A DNA stretch of 54,559 nt from an uncultured SAR86 cluster bacterium (GCA_902629465.1 CACOQX010000004.1:1-54559), one strand, 5' to 3'; counted from the first letter of the stretch, positions 9,219 through 18,560 are shown. Notes: generated from the letters alone by a model not told the origin. Numbers and translations: made by a program.

Positions 9219-10769
9219 ATGACAAGGTCTTTGGGAGAGGCCTTATCGCTTCTAGCCGATAAGGGTGATATAAACCTAGAAAATTCAATTTCTCGTGGAA
9301 TTGAAAAAGAATCTCTTAGAGTCTCAAAAGACAACACCATTTCTAGTGCCGACCACCCTTCTTCATTAGGTTCGGCTCTTACAAATAAATACATTACAAC
9401 CGATTTTTCTGAAGCTCTATTGGAATTGATAACGCCTACTCATTCCTCTGTAGAAGATGTTCTTAAAAATTTAGATGAAATCTGTAAATTTGTTGTAGAA
9501 GAAACGCCCGAAACCATTTGGCCAAGTAGTATTCCTTGCAAGATAGAGAGCGAAGATTCCATTAGACTCGCTGATTATGGGACTTCAAATTCTGGCCTTC
9601 TTAAAACTTTATATAGGTCAGGATTGAGTTACAGGTATGGTTCGATGATGCAAACTGTCTCTGGCATTCATTATAATTTTTCTTTTAGTGATGCGTTGTT
9701 TGAAAGCTTAAGAGGCGAAGAAGATCTTCAGACTTTCAAAAATAAATCTTATTTGAGTTTAATAAGAAATTTTAGACGAAATGCCTGGATGATTTTATAT
9801 CTGTTTGGATCAAGCCCAGCAGTGCCGAAAACTTTTATCACTGACAGAAAAAATTTCCTTCAAGAATTAAATGAAGAAGATTTGTTTTTGGAATATGCGA
9901 CCTGCCTAAGAATGAGCGAATTAGGTTACATGTCAGAAGCTCAAGATAAACTTTATATTGCTTACAACAATATCGAAGAATATTTGGAAGATTTAAGGCA
10001 TGCTCTTACGAAAGAACACAAAAGATATGGTGAAGTTGGCGTCATCAAAGACGGCAAAAGAATACAAATAAATACTTCCATCATTCAGATTGAAAATGAA
10101 TATTACAGCTCTATTCGGCCTAAAAGAGTCTCGCCTCCTGGCGAGAGACCTATAAACGTTTTGCGAGACCAAGGTATAGACTACTTAGAAATAAGAGCAT
10201 TGGATAATAATTCTTTTTTGCCGACTGGCATTGACGAAGATACAGGCTATTTTTTAGAAGCCTATTTGATAGGCTGTTTTTTTGATGAGGACATAAAAGC
10301 TTCTCAATCAGAAATAAAAGAGCTTTTACTAAATTGGGAAAACGTTGTAAAAGATGGTAGAAATCCTGATCTCAAATTGCATAAAGACAACAAGAGAATC
10401 AGCATCAAAGACTGTGGTATGAAAGTTATTGATGCTCTTAGATCTGTTTTTAAGCAAATGCCCCAAGAAATGAATCTTTTTACAGAAAAGGTTTTTAATT
10501 CTTTAGATGTACAAGAAAAAAAATTGAATGATCCATCTTTAACGCCCTCTGGAAAAATAATTGAAGAATTGCAAAATAATAATAAGACTTGGGAAGAGCT
10601 GAATTTAGAATTGTCCAAAGAACATTCAAATTCACTTAAAAATATTGATACCGATTTAAATTACCTCTCAGAAGAAGCGGAAAGTTCCTTAAGGAAATTT
10701 AAAGAGTTAGAAAAGCTTGAAGAAGAAGATTTTGAGGTTTATCTTGATAAATTCGTAAACGATATATAA
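9219..10769 (+). CDS. gshA: Glutamate-cysteine ligase
   Basis: RGIEKESLRV, ITTDFSEALLELITP, SGIHYNFS, IENEYYSSIRPK, EIRALD. Confidence 0.95.
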   Translation: MTRSLGEALSLLADKGDINLENSISRGIEKESLRVSKDNTISSADHPSSLGSALTNKYITTDFSEALLELITPTHSSVEDVLKNLDEICKFVVEETPETIWPSSIPCKIESEDSIRLADYGTSNSGLLKTLYRSGLSYRYGSMMQTVSGIHYNFSFSDALFESLRGEEDLQTFKNKSYLSLIRNFRRNAWMILYLFGSSPAVPKTFITDRKNFLQELNEEDLFLEYATCLRMSELGYMSEAQDKLYIAYNNIEEYLEDLRHALTKEHKRYGEVGVIKDGKRIQINTSIIQIENEYYSSIRPKRVSPPGERPINVLRDQGIDYLEIRALDNNSFLPTGIDEDTGYFLEAYLIGCFFDEDIKASQSEIKELLLNWENVVKDGRNPDLKLHKDNKRISIKDCGMKVIDALRSVFKQMPQEMNLFTEKVFNSLDVQEKKLNDPSLTPSGKIIEELQNNNKTWEELNLELSKEHSNSLKNIDTDLNYLSEEAESSLRKFKELEKLEEEDFEVYLDKFVNDI

Positions 10770-10815
10770 GGTTTGTTTCTATTAAAAAAATAATTAATTT
10801 AGTTTTAGGAGAAAT

Positions 10816-11787
10816 ATGAAAGCTTATGTCTGTAGAGAATTTGGTCCCGTTGATTCACACAAGGTTGAAGAAATAGAAGATCCTAGAGCAGAACCTGGAA
10901 TGGTTGTGATAGATGTCAAAGCGGCTGGAGTGAGTTTTCCAGATGTTTTAATCGTGCAAGGAAAATATCAATTTCAACCGCCCTTTCCTTTCTCTCCAGG
11001 AGGTGAAATTGCTGGAGTTATTTCTGAAGTTGGCGAAGGTGTCGCTGATTGGAAAGAAGGAGACCGAGTGATTGCAATGGTAGGTAACGGCGGGATAGCA
11101 GAAAAAACTTCTGCCTTTGCAGCAACCTTAATGCCTTTACCCGAGTCGATGGATTTCAAAGATGGAGCTGCATTTCCTCTCAACTACGGAACTACTTATT
11201 ATGCTTTAAAGCAAAGAGGAGAATTAAAGAAAGGTGAGACGCTCTTGGTGACTGGAGCAGGAGGCGGGGTTGGAACTACTGCCATTGAAATCGGGAAAGC
11301 GATGGGCGCTAGAGTCATTGCTGCGGCTAGCAACCAAGAAAAATTAGATATTGCGAAAAGATTAGGTGCTGACGAACTGGTGAACTATGGCGATGGCGAA
11401 CTTAAAGAAAAAGTAAAAGAATTAACCGACGGTTTGGGTGCGGATGTGATTTATGATGCTGTAGGCGGTGATATCTTTCTGCAATGCATGAGATGTGTAA
11501 ATTGGAAAGGCAGAGTATTAGTTATTGGTTTCCCTGCAGGGATTCCAAAAGTTCCAACAAACCTAGCTCTTTTAAAGGGTTGTTCAATAGTAGGTGTTTT
11601 CTGGGGAAGTTTTACCGGCAGAGAACCTGAAGAAAACGCTCAAAACTTTGAAGAATTGTTTGCCTTGCACAGCGAAGGCAAATTAAAACCAGAAATTACC
11701 AAAAGCTATTCTTTAGATCAGGCTGTTGAGGCAATAAAATCTTTGGAAGATAGAACTGCTACTGGAAAGGTCGTAATTGAAATGTAA
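10816..11787 (+). CDS. NADPH:quinone oxidoreductase (MDR/zeta-crystallin family)
   Basis: PFSPGGE, TGAGGGVG, TGKVVI; AGGAGA RBS upstream. Confidence 0.9.
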   Translation: MKAYVCREFGPVDSHKVEEIEDPRAEPGMVVIDVKAAGVSFPDVLIVQGKYQFQPPFPFSPGGEIAGVISEVGEGVADWKEGDRVIAMVGNGGIAEKTSAFAATLMPLPESMDFKDGAAFPLNYGTTYYALKQRGELKKGETLLVTGAGGGVGTTAIEIGKAMGARVIAAASNQEKLDIAKRLGADELVNYGDGELKEKVKELTDGLGADVIYDAVGGDIFLQCMRCVNWKGRVLVIGFPAGIPKVPTNLALLKGCSIVGVFWGSFTGREPEENAQNFEELFALHSEGKLKPEITKSYSLDQAVEAIKSLEDRTATGKVVIEM

Positions 11788-11818
11788 AAAAGAGGAGCTT
11801 ATGAGCTCCTCTTTTTTT
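11786..11818. terminator. Bidirectional intrinsic terminator
   Basis: AAAAAAGAGGAGCT-TATG-AGCTCCTCTTTTTTT between convergent genes. Confidence 0.9.
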
Positions 11819-11827
11819 CTATTTAGT

Positions 11828-12244
11828 TTATTCTTTTGGCTCTGGTGCCATCCATGTAGGCACTAAAAGACTTATCAAGATAACAGTAAAAAATATTATC
11901 GCTATCGGGTCTGCAGGTATGAGTGTGAACTCAGGAAGTTCTGCGCCACCGCCAAAGAAATCCACTAGTTGCTGACTTCCTGGTGAAATTGTCTCCAACT
12001 GGGCTAAATTGTAAGCAGTCGTTTGTTGCAAATTGTTTAGTAAGCCCAAAACAAAAAGATTGAAGTAAACAACTGAAAGTGAAAACAAGGACGATAGAAC
12101 TTTCTGTACAACGTTAGCTCCCATGTCAGTGATTCTATTTACTCCCCTAAAAGCCATCCACAATAGAAACACAAAAGCTGCAAAGTAGATTGCGTTACTT
12201 ATTAATGAGCTATTGAATAAAGCTAGTATTTGATACTCTTCCAT
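11828..12244 (-). CDS. Unknown 3-TM membrane protein, paralog 4 (type B)
   Basis: MEEYQ start, W-M-A-F-R, LIPADPI...WMAPEPKE; AAGGAGG RBS. Confidence 0.85.
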   Translation of the reverse strand: MEEYQILALFNSSLISNAIYFAAFVFLLWMAFRGVNRITDMGANVVQKVLSSLFSLSVVYFNLFVLGLLNNLQQTTAYNLAQLETISPGSQQLVDFFGGGAELPEFTLIPADPIAIIFFTVILISLLVPTWMAPEPKE

Positions 12245-12262
12245 TTTTTCCTCCTTAAGAAA

Positions 12263-12685
12263 TTAAGAGTTATTATTTTTTGGTCCCCAAATTCCAATTA
12301 ATATAATTAGTAAAATTGATAACCACCAAATCATCACTATTGGGTCTCCAACTAATGATGCTTCTGGGTAACTTCCTTCACCGTTATCTGCTATGAAACT
12401 GTTCGCTATAGAAGATATTTCAACGCCAGCATTTTTTAGTTCCGATAAAGTGTAAGCAGCCCCTTGATTTAATACAGATAGGAAAGTTCCAGATCCATAA
12501 CCGAACCAGACAACTCCTATACCAAATATAGAGCCCAGAATTTTTGAGATCATATTTCCGCCCGACTCATTTATGTTTTTAGATACTCTAAAAGCTACCC
12601 AAACTAAAAAAGTCATGGCCAAGAAAAATAACATTACTCCTGCCGACTGAACCGCAAGAAGCATCCAAACTTGATATTCTTCCAT
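12263..12685 (-). CDS. Unknown 3-TM membrane protein, paralog 3 (type A); start revised to MEEYQVW
   Basis: AAGGAGGAAAAAATG at 12685. The longer track ORF runs through the terminator hairpin. Ends IWGPK. Confidence 0.85.
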   Translation of the reverse strand: MEEYQVWMLLAVQSAGVMLFFLAMTFLVWVAFRVSKNINESGGNMISKILGSIFGIGVVWFGYGSGTFLSVLNQGAAYTLSELKNAGVEISSIANSFIADNGEGSYPEASLVGDPIVMIWWLSILLIILIGIWGPKNNNS

Positions 12686-12707
12686 TTTTTCCTCCTTATT
12701 AAAGTTT

Positions 12708-12733
12708 AAAAAAAGGGAGGCTACTGCCTCCCT
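12708..12733 (-). terminator. Intrinsic terminator between paralog pairs
   Basis: AGGGAGGC-TACT-GCCTCCCT stem; the A-tract at 12708-12714 gives a U-tail on the minus strand. Confidence 0.8.
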
Positions 12734-12742
12734 CATGATTGT

Positions 12743-13162
12743 TTATTCTTTAGGGCCTGGTGCGGTCCACATGCCGCCAATTAGACCGACTAAAATTGCT
12801 AAGATGAATACTATTCCAATAGGATCAGCAGGTATTAAACCTGGAGATATATATTGAGTAGCTCCTGTTACATCTACGAAATTTTGTAAACTTCCGTTCA
12901 ATTCTTCTCCTGACTCAGAAAGAGATAAGGCCCAATTATTAAGCAATGAAGCGATAAAAGAATAAGTACCAGATACAAAAGAAACTACACACAGTGAAAT
13001 GACTGTATGCAAAACTTTTCCAAAAGTATTTACTCCATAAATATGTGCATTAGATACGCCTCTAAACATCATCCACAAGAGGATGAAGTATGCAATTAAA
13101 AATAAGCCGCTAAGTTGCATTAAACCTATAAAACTTTGATTTATAAATGCTATTTGTTCCAT
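12743..13162 (-). CDS. Unknown 3-TM membrane protein, paralog 2 (type B)
   Basis: W-M-M-F-R-G-V, NTFGK, LIPADPI...WTAPGPKE; AGGAGA RBS. Confidence 0.85.
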   Translation of the reverse strand: MEQIAFINQSFIGLMQLSGLFLIAYFILLWMMFRGVSNAHIYGVNTFGKVLHTVISLCVVSFVSGTYSFIASLLNNWALSLSESGEELNGSLQNFVDVTGATQYISPGLIPADPIGIVFILAILVGLIGGMWTAPGPKE

Positions 13163-13186
13163 GATTTTTCTCCTAATTAATAGATA

Positions 13187-13582
13187 TTATTTTTTTGGCA
13201 GCCAAATGTTACCTAAAATTATAATTGCTACTATTGCTAATAAAACCATAGCTCCAGTAGTTGGTGTGTTTGTCGGAACGGTTGTGCCAACAAAGTCGAT
13301 AAAACCTTGTGCTGTTTCAGACTTATCTTCCAAAGCATCTAAACTTCTTGCAGTAACGATCCAGTTTGTTACAGCATTTGTCCATTGCATGAAAGTACCT
13401 CCTAGTACAGCTAATCCAAAAGCAGACGAAACCAGTTTTCCAAAAAGGTTTGTTTCATCAGAAGCTCTGGTAGCGGCAGCTACTCTGATCGCAAGCCAAA
13501 TTAAAAGAACTGTGGCTACAAAGTTTAAACCGTCAGCTATCCTGTTAGAACTCCATAAAGTCCATATTTGATATTCTTCCAT
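13187..13582 (-). CDS. Unknown 3-TM membrane protein, paralog 1 (type A); start revised to MEEYQIW
   Basis: GGGAGAAAAAATG at 13582; W-L-A-I-R-V, NLFGK, ends IWLPKK. Confidence 0.85.
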   Translation of the reverse strand: MEEYQIWTLWSSNRIADGLNFVATVLLIWLAIRVAAATRASDETNLFGKLVSSAFGLAVLGGTFMQWTNAVTNWIVTARSLDALEDKSETAQGFIDFVGTTVPTNTPTTGAMVLLAIVAIIILGNIWLPKK

Positions 13583-13608
13583 TTTTTCTCCCAAAAAAAT
13601 TTATTATA

Positions 13609-13623
13609 TGAGAATAATTCTCA
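13609..13623. promoter_or_regulatory. Fur-box-like 7-1-7 operator
   Basis: Perfect palindrome TGAGAAT-A-ATTCTCA 26 bp upstream of paralog 1, adjoining a minus-strand TATAAT (13603-13608). Confidence 0.65.
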
Positions 13624-13671
13624 ATAAGAACTATATCTAATTTTTTTTTATTTTGAAATGAAAATGTTGTG

Positions 13672-14310
13672 TTAGTTAAAGCTTACGATACTTTCTAAAA
13701 CTTGTGCCATCTTTTCAGGGGTATGCGGCGACTTAAAAAAGCCAAAATAGTTTCCATTAGGATCTATTACAGCAAGATTCATACTATGGTCCATATCATA
13801 ATTGGAATTATCAGAACCTACTACTGGAACGAAAGGTAGGGTCAAATCTGTAGCCAATTTATAAATAACTTCGATGTTACCCGTAATTCCTGTGAAATTG
13901 GGATTAAAGGCTTCTGCATATTCTTGCATTTTTTCTGGAGAGTCACGTTCTGGATCAACCGATATCATTCTGAAGTTTACTTTAGAAGATACTTCCTCTG
14001 AAAGATTACTATCAGCCATTGCCATTTTCTTCATTGTCATTGGACACATGTCTGGGCAAGATGCAAAACCAAGAAATAATACATCCCATGCTCCTTTGAG
14101 ATCGTTATTAGAAAACTTATTGCTCCCCTCGATAAGCTCAAAACTGTTTATTTGTCTTGTACGAACAAGTTTGTAAAAACCTATTTGTTTGTATTCAGCT
14201 GCAGTCAATTCTTTTGGTGATACCGTGGTGTAAACAAAAAGTCCTGCAACCATAGAAACAAATAGCAAGCATGAAGCAACGGTTATTCTTATGGATTTGT
14301 TGTTACTCAT
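13672..14310 (-). CDS. SCO1/SenC copper chaperone
   Basis: GFASCPDMCP (CxxxC), ISVDPERD, MDHS. Confidence 0.92.
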   Translation of the reverse strand: MSNNKSIRITVASCLLFVSMVAGLFVYTTVSPKELTAAEYKQIGFYKLVRTRQINSFELIEGSNKFSNNDLKGAWDVLFLGFASCPDMCPMTMKKMAMADSNLSEEVSSKVNFRMISVDPERDSPEKMQEYAEAFNPNFTGITGNIEVIYKLATDLTLPFVPVVGSDNSNYDMDHSMNLAVIDPNGNYFGFFKSPHTPEKMAQVLESIVSFN

Positions 14311-15206
14311 AATTGAATTGGAATCAATTTATCAAGAGCCATGCAGATAAACAATACTGTCAAAAAGACTATAGAGTAGAGAAATAATGGTAAAGCGAGT
14401 TTGTTGTTTTTATCAAAAATTAAGGCGATTGAAAAACCTATGAAAATTGCATTTAAAATAATTGCGCTAAAAAAGTAAAACCCACCCAAATAACCCGTTG
14501 CAAAAGGAAATAGAGAAGAAACAGCTAATAAAAATGAGTAGAGAGCTATTTGGATTTTTGTATACTCTGTACCTTTGACAACCGGCATCATTGGTATTTT
14601 TGCCGCCACGTAATCTTCTTTCCTGTTAATAGATAAAGCCCAAAAATGAGGGGGCGTCCAAATGAAGATTATTAAAACCATCAGCAAAGGTAAAGCATCT
14701 ATGGAATTAGTAATGGCTGTCCAGCCAAGAAGCGGCGGCATAGCTCCGGCAATACCCCCAATCACAATATTTTGAGTGCCGGCAAACTTAAGTATTTTTG
14801 TGTAAAGAAAGGAATAGAAAGCCCAAGTAAAAAGAGTTAATAAAAGGGTTAATAGATTTATAAAGAACAGCAAGATAAATGATCCAAAAATTAGTAGAGC
14901 TGCTGCAAATATCTTTGCATTTGTTACAGAGATTTCTCCTTTTACTATAGGTCTGTTTTTAGTCCTTGCCATCTTGCTGTCAACTTCGACATCAAGAATT
15001 TGATTGATAACGGCGCTTGATGAGGCAATTAATCCTATGCCCACTAATCCGAATACAACTTTCATCAAATTTCCTGAAAACCCATCGGCTAAAAACATTG
15101 CTGTAGCTGAAGTAAGGACAAGTAAATAGATAATTGATGGCTTTGTAAGCTTAAGATAGCCTGATAAAGGAAATCTTTGGGGTTGAGTAATAACTTCAGT
15201 ATTCAC
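14307..15206 (-). CDS. cyoE: Protoheme IX farnesyltransferase (heme O synthase)
   Basis: LTKP, D.KMARTKNRP, QNIVIGG.AGAMPPLLGW, WTPPHFWAL. Confidence 0.95.
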   Translation of the reverse strand: MNTEVITQPQRFPLSGYLKLTKPSIIYLLVLTSATAMFLADGFSGNLMKVVFGLVGIGLIASSSAVINQILDVEVDSKMARTKNRPIVKGEISVTNAKIFAAALLIFGSFILLFFINLLTLLLTLFTWAFYSFLYTKILKFAGTQNIVIGGIAGAMPPLLGWTAITNSIDALPLLMVLIIFIWTPPHFWALSINRKEDYVAAKIPMMPVVKGTEYTKIQIALYSFLLAVSSLFPFATGYLGGFYFFSAIILNAIFIGFSIALIFDKNNKLALPLFLYSIVFLTVLFICMALDKLIPIQL

Positions 15207-16191
15207 GGGACCTTAATCTAGCATAAGATAATCCTAATAATAGGAAAAGAGCACCGAGATTATGAGCTATTGCAACATAAAGTGGAAGTCTATAAATAAT
15301 GTTTGATACACCTAATGCAAGTTGAAAAAAAAGCAAGCCCCCTATAAGACCTGAAATAAAATAATTTTTTTCCTTTGCAAACAAGAAAGCTAAAAACAAA
15401 AAGTACAAAGTCACAATTAGAGCGCCAAATCTATGCACAAGATGGATAGCGACCCTTGATTGATGATCTAATTGGCCGCCTAAATAATCAGGCCCAATTC
15501 TTTGAGCAAAGTTTAGACCCTTCACATAATCAGCATCTGGGAGAATTTGTCCCTTGCATAGCGGGAAATCAGAGCAAGCTAAAGCAGCATAATTTGAACT
15601 GAGCCAAACTCCCATAATGATTTGTGCAATCAGAATTGGAAAAGCGACATTAAGAACTTTTAGAGTATTTTTAGAAACTGAAATATAATTTACTTTTTCT
15701 AAGTTAATTTCTTTTAACTTTAAATATGTCAGAAAAATTAGAGTTGTAGTAGCAAATCCACCAAGTAGATGCGCAGTAACAACCTGAGGCCAAAGTTTCA
15801 AACTAACAGTAAAATAACCAAGCAATGATTGGAATAAGACCAAGGCAGTCATAGTTGCGGTAATTTTTACGATAAAGGAGTTTCTCGGTTTAGAAAAAAC
15901 TGCATATAGAAATAGCCCAATAATAAGTAAGCCTAGCGACCCAGCAAAATACCTATGAACTACTTCAGGAACTGCTTTAGCTATTTCAAACTTTCTCTCA
16001 GGGTAAAGTTCGTTTGCCAACGAAATTTCAGATTCTGACATTGGCCAGATTGCAAAACCATAACAACCAGGCCAGTCGGGGCAACCTAATCCTGCATCTA
16101 CAAGTCTTGTCCAAGCGCCTAACCCCACTACAGTGAAAGCTAGAAAGATTCCTAGCAAAGCAATCAACTGAATTTTCTTTAAATTACCCAA
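15196..16191 (-). CDS. ctaA: Heme A synthase (COX15/CtaA)
   Basis: GAWTRLVDAGLGCPDWPGC, EVVHR, HLLGG, HR, AHN. Confidence 0.93.
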   Translation of the reverse strand: MGNLKKIQLIALLGIFLAFTVVGLGAWTRLVDAGLGCPDWPGCYGFAIWPMSESEISLANELYPERKFEIAKAVPEVVHRYFAGSLGLLIIGLFLYAVFSKPRNSFIVKITATMTALVLFQSLLGYFTVSLKLWPQVVTAHLLGGFATTTLIFLTYLKLKEINLEKVNYISVSKNTLKVLNVAFPILIAQIIMGVWLSSNYAALACSDFPLCKGQILPDADYVKGLNFAQRIGPDYLGGQLDHQSRVAIHLVHRFGALIVTLYFLFLAFLFAKEKNYFISGLIGGLLFFQLALGVSNIIYRLPLYVAIAHNLGALFLLLGLSYARLRSREY

Positions 16192-16765
16192 TTTTTGATG
16201 CCCTTAACAGTTTTTTTATGTCAGATAAGATTTTTTTAGGATCAATATCCCCTTGATATGACAAAATGATATTCCCGAGAGGATCTGCTAAAAGAAATCC
16301 CGGTTGAATGAAAGGGTTTACACCTGCTTCAGTCATTTTTTTTCTTAATAATTTTAAATTTTTAGCCGATATTGCTGTTAAATTTGTTTCATTCTGAAAA
16401 AGCTTTTTTACTTTTTCCTGTGTCTTGAAAGAGGCTACATAAAAACGCTTAACTCTATCTTTTTCCCTTCCAATCGCAGTATTAATTTGCCTAGAAAAAT
16501 AAAAAGCTTCTAAGCAATCTTCGTTACATCGATCGTCTAAAAAATGAATAATCATCCATTTCCTCTCCATTGAGTCGATATTAAGAGGTTGATAGTTCAG
16601 TTCAAGTTCTAGACTTCCTAAGTCAACTGGCGGATCTATCATAGTGCCATAATTAATGGTTGCTTTAGGACCTAGGCCAGCGTAATACCAAAAAGTAGAC
16701 AAGGAAATTACCAAGAAAGGAGTTCCAAAAATTATCAAAGCTATAAGAAAGCCTTTGTTTTTCAT
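16184..16765 (-). CDS. Membrane-anchored thioredoxin/SCO-like protein of cox clusters; start revised to MKNKG
   Basis: N-terminal TM, NYG, CxxxC (CNEDC), DPLGN, DIKKLLRAS; position matches gammaproteobacterial cox clusters. Confidence 0.75.
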   Translation of the reverse strand: MKNKGFLIALIIFGTPFLVISLSTFWYYAGLGPKATINYGTMIDPPVDLGSLELELNYQPLNIDSMERKWMIIHFLDDRCNEDCLEAFYFSRQINTAIGREKDRVKRFYVASFKTQEKVKKLFQNETNLTAISAKNLKLLRKKMTEAGVNPFIQPGFLLADPLGNIILSYQGDIDPKKILSDIKKLLRASKIG

Positions 16766-17451
16766 ATTGCTTTCTTCCTGAATAGATAAAAGCCGCCAAA
16801 TAAAACAACCAAAGCTAGAGCAAACCACTGAATAGCATATCCGAAATGCCTAGTAGATTTTAATGATGTTGGTTGCCAGATAGGCTCAAAACTTAAATTA
16901 GATAAAGCCGATAATTCAAAAACGTAAGGCAATAATTTTTTACCGCTTAATTCTTCTATTAGATCTTTGTCTAGTCCTTGAATTATAAAATTTTCTCCAA
17001 ACTTTTTAGCTTGGTCTTCAAGTACAAAATCCTTGGAAAAAGGTCTAATCATTCCATCTAGTTTTAAATTTTTTTTTGGCAAAGAAAGTTTTGGAAGCGA
17101 ATCTCTTTCTACAGATTCAACCCAGCCTCTTGAAACTAGAATTTTTTCTTTAGTTGCTAGAGTAAACGGGTTGAAAACTACGTAGCCAGCCTTACCATTA
17201 AAAGTTTTATTATCCACAAAAAAAGTTTTTTTACCGAAAACACCCGAAATTTGTATATTCCTATAATATAAATTTTGATTCAGCTCTCCTGGATTTGTCT
17301 CAACTGGAAAAGACTGTCTTTCTGAAAAGGCATTTTCTAATGCTTTTTTGGCATAGCCTCTGTCAATTTGCCATACGCCAAGGGATAATGCTCCGAAAAA
17401 AACGAGAACAAAAATCGTAACAATCAAATATTTAGAAAAATCCATAGCCAA
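16762..17451 (-). CDS. SURF1 family cytochrome oxidase assembly protein (likely ATG start at 17445)
   Basis: LGVWQIDR, LVSRGWV, HFGYAIQWF. Confidence 0.9.
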   Translation of the reverse strand: MAMDFSKYLIVTIFVLVFFGALSLGVWQIDRGYAKKALENAFSERQSFPVETNPGELNQNLYYRNIQISGVFGKKTFFVDNKTFNGKAGYVVFNPFTLATKEKILVSRGWVESVERDSLPKLSLPKKNLKLDGMIRPFSKDFVLEDQAKKFGENFIIQGLDKDLIEELSGKKLLPYVFELSALSNLSFEPIWQPTSLKSTRHFGYAIQWFALALVVLFGGFYLFRKKAI

Positions 17452-17657
17452 TGCTTAAATTTATAATCTCAGTCCTTGCCCTAGCAATGTTGGTGAGTCT
17501 TTTTTCGAGTGCATTTTTTTTGCTCAAAGATAAAGGTAATACGGTGAGAGCTATTTACAGTTTGCGAGTAAGAGTAACAATAGCAATGCTACTTTTATTA
17601 ACTATTGGATATGGATTATTCACTGGACAATTAGGCCTCAATTCCCCTTGGGGTTAA
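17451..17657 (+). CDS. Twin-TM small protein (DUF2909/HIG1-like)
   Basis: SL...FFLLKD.G...SL.RV; antisense between coxIII and SURF1 as in Pseudomonas-type clusters. Confidence 0.75.
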   Translation: MLKFIISVLALAMLVSLFSSAFFLLKDKGNTVRAIYSLRVRVTIAMLLLLTIGYGLFTGQLGLNSPWG

Positions 17658-18556
17658 AATACATAAACAACTAAAACAAGTAGTATCCAGACTACATCTA
17701 CGAAGTGCCAGTACCACGACCCAGCTGCGAGTCCAAAGTGATCGTGTTCAGAAAAAGCTCCGTTAAATCCTCTGATTGTCATTATGGTTAGTATGATTGC
17801 ACCAAGACATACGTGAAAACCATGAAATCCTGTCAGTAAAAAGAATGTTGTCCCGTAAATTCCTGCGCCGAGCGTTAAGCCCATATGTGCATATGCTTCG
17901 TAATATTCTAGCCCTTGTAAAAATACAAAGATAAAACCTAAAGAGATTGTTACCACCATCCAACTCTTGAAAGATGTCCGGTTGCCTTTTTTTAACGCCG
18001 ATTCGGCTAGCGCTATCGTTCCACTTGAGGTAACAAGACAAAGCGTATTCCAGAAAGGCAACCAAGTATGCAGCTTTGTAATTCCTGGAATGTTCATATT
18101 TTTATATGCTCCAGGAAAATTTTCATTATCCGGAGTTTCCATAACTGGCCAAGTCGATTCAAAAGCAGGCCAAAGTATATTTGTAATTCCTTTCTCGCCA
18201 TCGCCTCCAAGCCAAGGGACTGCAAAAAGCCTCACGTATCCTAGAGCTAAGAAGAATGCGAAGAAAAACATGACCTCGGAAAATATGAACCACGCCATAC
18301 CATGAACGAAAGATCTGTTTAACTGATCGCTATAGAGTTTTTGATTGTTTTCGCTGATTACATTACTGAACCAGACAAACATTACACCCCAAATTACAGC
18401 GAAAGAGGCCATAAGCAACAGATACGAATTTGAGCTTTCTTTACCTAAATCATTAATTGTTCCACCAGCTCCCAAGACAAAGAGCAAAAGCCCAAAAGCC
18501 ATAAAAATAGGCAACTTACTACTGTCTGGAACGTAATAAGAAGATTCGGAACTCAT
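17654..18556 (-). CDS. coxC: Cytochrome c oxidase subunit III
   Basis: WFIFSEVMFF, TGFHGFHV, WYWHFVDVVW. Confidence 0.96.
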   Translation of the reverse strand: MSSESSYYVPDSSKLPIFMAFGLLLFVLGAGGTINDLGKESSNSYLLLMASFAVIWGVMFVWFSNVISENNQKLYSDQLNRSFVHGMAWFIFSEVMFFFAFFLALGYVRLFAVPWLGGDGEKGITNILWPAFESTWPVMETPDNENFPGAYKNMNIPGITKLHTWLPFWNTLCLVTSSGTIALAESALKKGNRTSFKSWMVVTISLGFIFVFLQGLEYYEAYAHMGLTLGAGIYGTTFFLLTGFHGFHVCLGAIILTIMTIRGFNGAFSEHDHFGLAAGSWYWHFVDVVWILLVLVVYVF

Positions 18557-18560
18557 CGTA

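Noticed and set aside
13161-13571. 136-aa plus-strand ORF over paralog 1
   Set aside because: Antisense shadow of a gene that has an RBS and clear paralogues.
11828-13582. Paralog array read as split rhodopsins, SMR transporters or a CRISPR-like repeat
   Set aside because: No retinal-binding DxxxK helix and no SMR-type membrane Glu motif. The repeated DNA is limited to the RBS and first codons, spaced hundreds of bp apart.
17451-17657. Small antisense gene interrupting the cox operon
   Set aside because: Real, but a known arrangement in Pseudomonas-type cox clusters, so not novel.
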